Positions 59,335-64,000 of a stretch of 64,000 bases of DNA are shown piece after piece; within the stretch, counting starts at the first letter, position 1, and each line of letters opens with the position of its first letter. The DNA is from an uncultured Pelosinus sp. (GTDB lineage Bacteria; Bacillota; Negativicutes; DSM-13327), in NCBI GenBank assembly GCA_963526645.1, contig CAUROG010000007.1:63607-127606 (forward strand), read 5' to 3'. A model generated the notes under the pieces. It was not told where the DNA came from, searched no databases, and saw only the letters and a list, made by a program, of their open reading frames with translations. Position numbers and translations under genes: made by a program.

Positions 59335-60360
59335 ATGTTGAAAATTGGTATTATTGGTGCTGGTAGAATTGGAAAAGTACATGCGGAAAGTATTAGTAAC
59401 TTTGTTAAGGGAGCGGAAGTAAAAGCAATTGCTGATCCGTTTTTAAATGAAGATACAAAAGAGTGGGCTAAGACAATGGGGATAGAGCACGTATATACTG
59501 ACTATCAGAAGATTATAAATGACTCTGAGATCGATGCAGTATTAATTTGCTCCTCAACAGATACACATTCACCGATTTCCATTGAGGCAATCAATGCGGG
59601 TAAACATGTATTCTGTGAGAAACCCATTGATCATGATGTAGAAAAAATTAAAGAAGTAATAAAAGCAGTTGAGGCCTCTAAATGCAAATATCAGGTTGGC
59701 TTTAACCGCCGATTTGATCACAATTTTAGATCAGCTAAGGAAGCTGTAGCAGCAGGCAAAATTGGAACACAGCATGTAATTAAAATTACCTCCCGTGATC
59801 CAGAAGCGCCGCCTATTAGTTATGTTAAAGTATCAGGCGGAATGTTTCTTGACATGACGATTCACGATTTTGATATGGTTCGCTATTTGTCAGGTAGTGA
59901 AGTGGTAGAAGTCTATGCTGTAGGTGGAGTATTAGTGGATTCTGCTATCGGTGAAGCTGGCGATATTGATACGGCAATCATCACAATGAAACTAGAAAAT
60001 GGTGCTATGGCAGTAATTGATAATTGTAGACGTGCTTCTTATGGTTATGACCAGCGAGCAGAAGTCTTTGGATCTAAAGGAGCGGTAGAAATTGGCAATG
60101 ATACTTCTTCTACTGCCGTATTAAGTACTACTGATGGTGTTGTTGCTGAAAAGCCACTACATTTCTTCCTTGAAAGATATATGCAGGCTTATGCTAATGA
60201 AATCAAAGAATTCATTGAAGCTATCGTAGAAAATAAAGATGTTCCAGTTACAGTGATAGATGGCTTAGAACCTGTAATTATTGGACTTGCAGCAAAAAAA
60301 TCCATAGCTGAAAATAGGCCAGTAAAAACTGCAGAAATCAAAAGAACTTTTGGTTTGTAA
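59335..60360 (+). CDS. iolG: Inositol 2-dehydrogenase
   Basis: GAGRIG, CEKP, GFNRRFD, DMTIHDFD and YGYDQR motifs. Confidence 0.93.
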   Translation: MLKIGIIGAGRIGKVHAESISNFVKGAEVKAIADPFLNEDTKEWAKTMGIEHVYTDYQKIINDSEIDAVLICSSTDTHSPISIEAINAGKHVFCEKPIDHDVEKIKEVIKAVEASKCKYQVGFNRRFDHNFRSAKEAVAAGKIGTQHVIKITSRDPEAPPISYVKVSGGMFLDMTIHDFDMVRYLSGSEVVEVYAVGGVLVDSAIGEAGDIDTAIITMKLENGAMAVIDNCRRASYGYDQRAEVFGSKGAVEIGNDTSSTAVLSTTDGVVAEKPLHFFLERYMQAYANEIKEFIEAIVENKDVPVTVIDGLEPVIIGLAAKKSIAENRPVKTAEIKRTFGL

Positions 60361-60497
60361 TACATTTACAGATCAAAAAGATTAAATAAGTTTTAAATTT
60401 TGGCGCAATTTATGCAATCTTTCTTCTCTTCTTTCTCTTGACTGATTGCATATTTTGCGCCAGACATAATATGAATGCCACATAAGGGGATGGAAAA

Positions 60498-61394
60498 ATG
60501 TTTGATACAACAAAAGTTAAGCTAGGCATTGCTCCTATTGCATGGACGAATGATGACATGCCAGATTTAGGCAAAGAAAATACTTTTGAACAGTGTGTAA
60601 GTGAAATGGCGTTAGCTGGCTTTAGAGGCAGTGAAGTGGGGAATAAGTATCCTAAAAATACTGAAATTTTAAAAAAATCACTACAACTTCGTGGAATTGA
60701 AATAGCTAGTGCTTGGTTCAGTTCTTTTCTAACGGTAAAGCCATTTGAAGAAGTTGCATTAGCATTTAAAGAACATCGTGATTTTTTATATGAAATGGGC
60801 GCAAAGGTAATTGTTGTCTCAGAACAGGGGCATAGCATTCAAGGTCAATTGGATATGCCGATTTTTGCGAAGAAACCCCATTTCAATGAAGCAGAATGGA
60901 AAAAGCTCGCTGAAGGATTAAATAAATTAGGTGAGTTAGCACAAGAAAAAGATATGAAAGTCGTATACCATCATCACATGGGTACAGGTGTTCAAACAGC
61001 GAATGAAATTGAAAAATTAATGACTATGACGGATGATAAATTAGTATACTTGCTGTTTGATACAGGTCATTTAGTATTTTCCGGTGAGGACCATTTAATG
61101 GTTCTAAATAAACATATTAATAGAATTAAGCATGTGCATTTGAAAGATATTAGGTATGAATTAATTGATACAATTAAGACTTCAAACATTAGTTTCTTGG
61201 ACTCTGTAAGACTAGGTGTGTTTACTGTTCCAGGAGATGGATGTATTGATTTTGTACCAGTATTCAAAGCACTTGCAGAGCATAACTATGAAGGTTGGTT
61301 TATTGTGGAAGCCGAGCAAGATCCTGAGAAAGCTAATCCACTTGAGTATGCATTAAAAGCAAGAGCTTATATACAAGAAAAGGCTGGCCTTTAA
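60498..61394 (+). CDS. iolE: Myo-inosose-2 dehydratase
   Basis: [24 protein letters not shown] and VEAEQDP motifs. Confidence 0.95.
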   Translation: MFDTTKVKLGIAPIAWTNDDMPDLGKENTFEQCVSEMALAGFRGSEVGNKYPKNTEILKKSLQLRGIEIASAWFSSFLTVKPFEEVALAFKEHRDFLYEMGAKVIVVSEQGHSIQGQLDMPIFAKKPHFNEAEWKKLAEGLNKLGELAQEKDMKVVYHHHMGTGVQTANEIEKLMTMTDDKLVYLLFDTGHLVFSGEDHLMVLNKHINRIKHVHLKDIRYELIDTIKTSNISFLDSVRLGVFTVPGDGCIDFVPVFKALAEHNYEGWFIVEAEQDPEKANPLEYALKARAYIQEKAGL

Positions 61395-61564
61395 AAATAT
61401 AATCTCCTTGGTTCGTGTAAGAACTATATTCATTTGCATAGAGTTAAGAAGAGAATGATATTGATATAGTGGAAATTAGGCGGATTTAGTACATATATAG
61501 TTAATCAGAGAATTATCAAGGGAATAACTGTATATGTACTAATACTTAAAAAGGAGTGGAAAAA

Positions 61565-62938
61565 ATGAACTTATTTAAATGGTTTCTAACTGGTGAAGAC
61601 AAGCCACGAATTCAAGATCCTACAGTAGTGGATAAAATGTTCACTAAGGCTCGATTCCAGGGCGTTACTGCGATGATTATTGGTTATGGTATGTATTATG
61701 TAACGCGAATGACTCTTGGTGTTGTCAAAAAGCCTATGATGACTGAAGCTGGATTTACTGGAACTGAATTAGGAATTATTGGATCAGCTATGCTTATAGC
61801 GATAGCTTTTGGCAAATGTTTTAACGGATTTATTGCTGATCGATGTAATGTAAAAAAGATCGTGCCACTTGGTTTACTTGGAGCTGCTGTTGTTAACATT
61901 ATATTAGGATTTACGCCTTGGTTTTGGGCATTTGCAATTCTTTGGTTTTTAAATGGTTGGTTTCAATCCATGGGTTCTGCACCTTGTATAGTTTCCTTGA
62001 CCCAGTGGTTTTCAAAGCGTGAAGTCGCAACACAATATGGTGTATTTAGTATTGCGCATTATATTGGTGAGGGTGCAACCTTTGTCGGTACAGCATTGTT
62101 AATAGTTCATTTTGGCTGGAAATCAGCATTTTATATTCCTGGGTTAGTATGCCTGTTTCTTGCTTTTGCTATGTATAAATTTATGTATGATCGTCCACAG
62201 GCATATGGTTTACCTTCAGCAAATGAGTATAAAGGTGAAGTCACCGAAGTGAAGAAAGAAAAGAGCAAAACAACCAAAGAAGCACAAATGGAAGTAATCA
62301 AGAATCCGTATGTGTGGTTGATTGCTTTTAGCGCTACTTTTATGGGGATTGCTCGCTACTCAATGAATAGTTGGGGAGTCGTTTTTCTACAAGAATGTAA
62401 AGCCTATGATTTAGTATCAGCGGGCAGCGTGCTGGCAATGGTACCTCTTATGGGTGGCGTAGGATCGTTCCTTTCTGGCTACATTTCTGACAAAATATTT
62501 AAATCAAATCATGCACTAACAACGATCGTTTTTGGATTGGTAATGCTAGGGGGTATTGTAGGATTTTGCTACACTCCACCTGGACATCAAATGTTAGACA
62601 CCGTGTATGCATCTATCTTTGGCTTTGGGTTAGGTGTTATATTATGTTTTATCGGCGGTATGCTTGCAGTAGATCTTTGTTCCCAAAAAGCAGCTGGTGC
62701 TGCAATGGGAACCGTTGGGTTATTGGCTTATGGTGGCGCAGCTCTGCAGGATGTCCTTAACGGTGTGATGATGGATGCAAGTAAACTTGTTGTGAATGGT
62801 AAAGTTACTTATAACTTTGATAATCTTATTATGTTTTGGATGGGTTCTGTCGCAATCATGGTACTGATGATAGTACCAGTATTGTGGGCAAAGAAAAAGG
62901 ATAAGACGATAGACGAATCTTTAAACTGCAATAGTTAA
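61565..62938 (+). CDS. MFS organophosphate:Pi antiporter family (GlpT/UhpT/UhpC-like)
   Basis: GYGMYYVTR, NGWFQSMG, WFSKRE, DRPQAYGLP and GIARY motifs. Confidence 0.85.
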   Translation: MNLFKWFLTGEDKPRIQDPTVVDKMFTKARFQGVTAMIIGYGMYYVTRMTLGVVKKPMMTEAGFTGTELGIIGSAMLIAIAFGKCFNGFIADRCNVKKIVPLGLLGAAVVNIILGFTPWFWAFAILWFLNGWFQSMGSAPCIVSLTQWFSKREVATQYGVFSIAHYIGEGATFVGTALLIVHFGWKSAFYIPGLVCLFLAFAMYKFMYDRPQAYGLPSANEYKGEVTEVKKEKSKTTKEAQMEVIKNPYVWLIAFSATFMGIARYSMNSWGVVFLQECKAYDLVSAGSVLAMVPLMGGVGSFLSGYISDKIFKSNHALTTIVFGLVMLGGIVGFCYTPPGHQMLDTVYASIFGFGLGVILCFIGGMLAVDLCSQKAAGAAMGTVGLLAYGGAALQDVLNGVMMDASKLVVNGKVTYNFDNLIMFWMGSVAIMVLMIVPVLWAKKKDKTIDESLNCNS

Positions 62939-62954
62939 TTTGAGGTAAACATTA

Positions 62955-63662
62955 ATGAAATTAATTGCTGATTTGCATACCCATACCCTTGCTTGCAGAC
63001 ATGGATTTAGTACAGTTACCGAAGTAATTCGTGCTGCGGCTAATTGTAAGCTGCAAGCAGTGGCTTTGACAGAACATGGCCCAGGTTATCCTGGAAGCGT
63101 TGGTCACGCTTACTTTAATACGTATCGTGATATTCCTTCAGAAATGTTTGGAATCTCTGTATTGAAGGGGTGCGAGGCCAATATCATGAATTTTGCTGGG
63201 GAATTGGATTTTGATGAGAAACCGTTGTCTCAATTGGATATAGTGATTGCCAGTTGTCACAAAGAGGTAACACCGATAGGTACGATTGAGCAAAATACTG
63301 CAATGTACATTGCAGCAATTCAAAACCCTTATGTGGATATTATCGGTCATCCGGATTTCCCTCTGTATCCTATTGATATAGAAGCGGTAGTTAAAGCTGC
63401 TGCTGTAAGTGGTGTTGCTTTAGAAGTTAATAATAGCTCACCAGCAGCTCGTCCAGGTAGTGAAGAGATGTGTGCCGAAATTATTTGCACTGCTAAACGT
63501 CTAGGTGCTAAATTAGCAGTTGGCTCGGATGCGCATTATCATCTTGTGGTAGGGAACTTTGATTATGCATATGAAATGCTTGGTAAATATGATTACCCGC
63601 TAGAGCAAGTAATCAACTCTTCAATGGATAAGCTTCTTTCTCATCTTAAACGCAATCGATAA
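62955..63662 (+). CDS. PHP-family phosphatase (YcdX-like)
   Basis: DLHTHT, LTEHGP, GCEAN, IIGHP, EVNNSS and GSDAH motifs. Confidence 0.88.
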   Translation: MKLIADLHTHTLACRHGFSTVTEVIRAAANCKLQAVALTEHGPGYPGSVGHAYFNTYRDIPSEMFGISVLKGCEANIMNFAGELDFDEKPLSQLDIVIASCHKEVTPIGTIEQNTAMYIAAIQNPYVDIIGHPDFPLYPIDIEAVVKAAAVSGVALEVNNSSPAARPGSEEMCAEIICTAKRLGAKLAVGSDAHYHLVVGNFDYAYEMLGKYDYPLEQVINSSMDKLLSHLKRNR

Positions 63663-63715
63663 GTCTAATTAGGTAAACTCTTAAAAAGACTAAAACGGTA
63701 AAGGTTGTTTACATG

Positions 63716-63754
63716 ATAATTCACAAGATGCAGAGCTCTGTATCTTGTGAATTA
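63716..63754 (+). terminator. Hairpin/terminator after the PHP gene
   Basis: TAATTCACAAGATGCAG/CTGTATCTTGTGAATTA. Confidence 0.65.
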
Positions 63755-63966
63755 CTAAAAAAGACTGACTAATGGATACGTAAAATAAATTACTTTACAG
63801 TCAGCTATATTAATAAATTTACTTTTTACGCAGAACTATTTAAAAATTTCCTCACAAGGTTATTAGATAGCCTGTGTTATTTTATATATGTCTATAATTC
63901 TATATCTAAAATAGCATTGAGAATATCTTTTAGAAATGTGGGGGAACGACGACAAGGGGGCAAAGG

Positions 63967-64000
63967 ATGAGCTATTTAGCTAGCATTTTGAATGGTCCTT
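63967..64000 (+). CDS. Possible start of a gene cut by the window edge
   Basis: AAGGGGG RBS-like sequence, ATG, open to the end (MSYLASILNGP...). Confidence 0.3.
   Translation, partial: MSYLASILNGP

Noticed and set aside
1..64000. tRNA, rRNA, CRISPR arrays, intact IS elements, selenoprotein read-through
   Set aside because: None recognised by eye; the main ORFs appear full length

Overview
A 64 kb chromosomal window from a low-GC, anaerobic, probably diderm Firmicute. It combines T-box, SAM-I and TPP leaders with an AsmA/TamB-like protein and an RND pump, which suggests Negativicutes such as Pelosinus (inference). I saw no rRNA, tRNA, CRISPR array, integrase or intact transposase. In order, the window holds: (1) an orphan lambda-like CI/Cro switch with five matching operator boxes driving a degenerate DhaL-like gene; (2) a four-subunit 2-oxoacid:ferredoxin oxidoreductase; (3) housekeeping genes (aminopeptidase, RND efflux, TPP-controlled thiD-cytX-thiM-thiE, msrB, sfsA, pepF, SAM-controlled metX, Ile T-box-controlled ilvA-alaX); (4) a sigma54-controlled multi-subunit flavin/Fe-S imino-acid (probably proline) dehydrogenase plus P5C dehydrogenase; (5) a ~21 kb IolR-controlled myo-inositol cluster. 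The last embeds a 3-hydroxypropionate/acrylyl-CoA to propionate module with a ferredoxin-fused Etf, a second CoA-acylating aldehyde dehydrogenase, and a GlpT/UhpT-type transporter plus PHP phosphatase in place of a canonical inositol permease. The best candidates for undescribed biology are the extended inositol(-phosphate) fermentation cluster and the orphan CI/Cro-DhaL module. All protein family assignments come from motif recognition by eye, not database searches.
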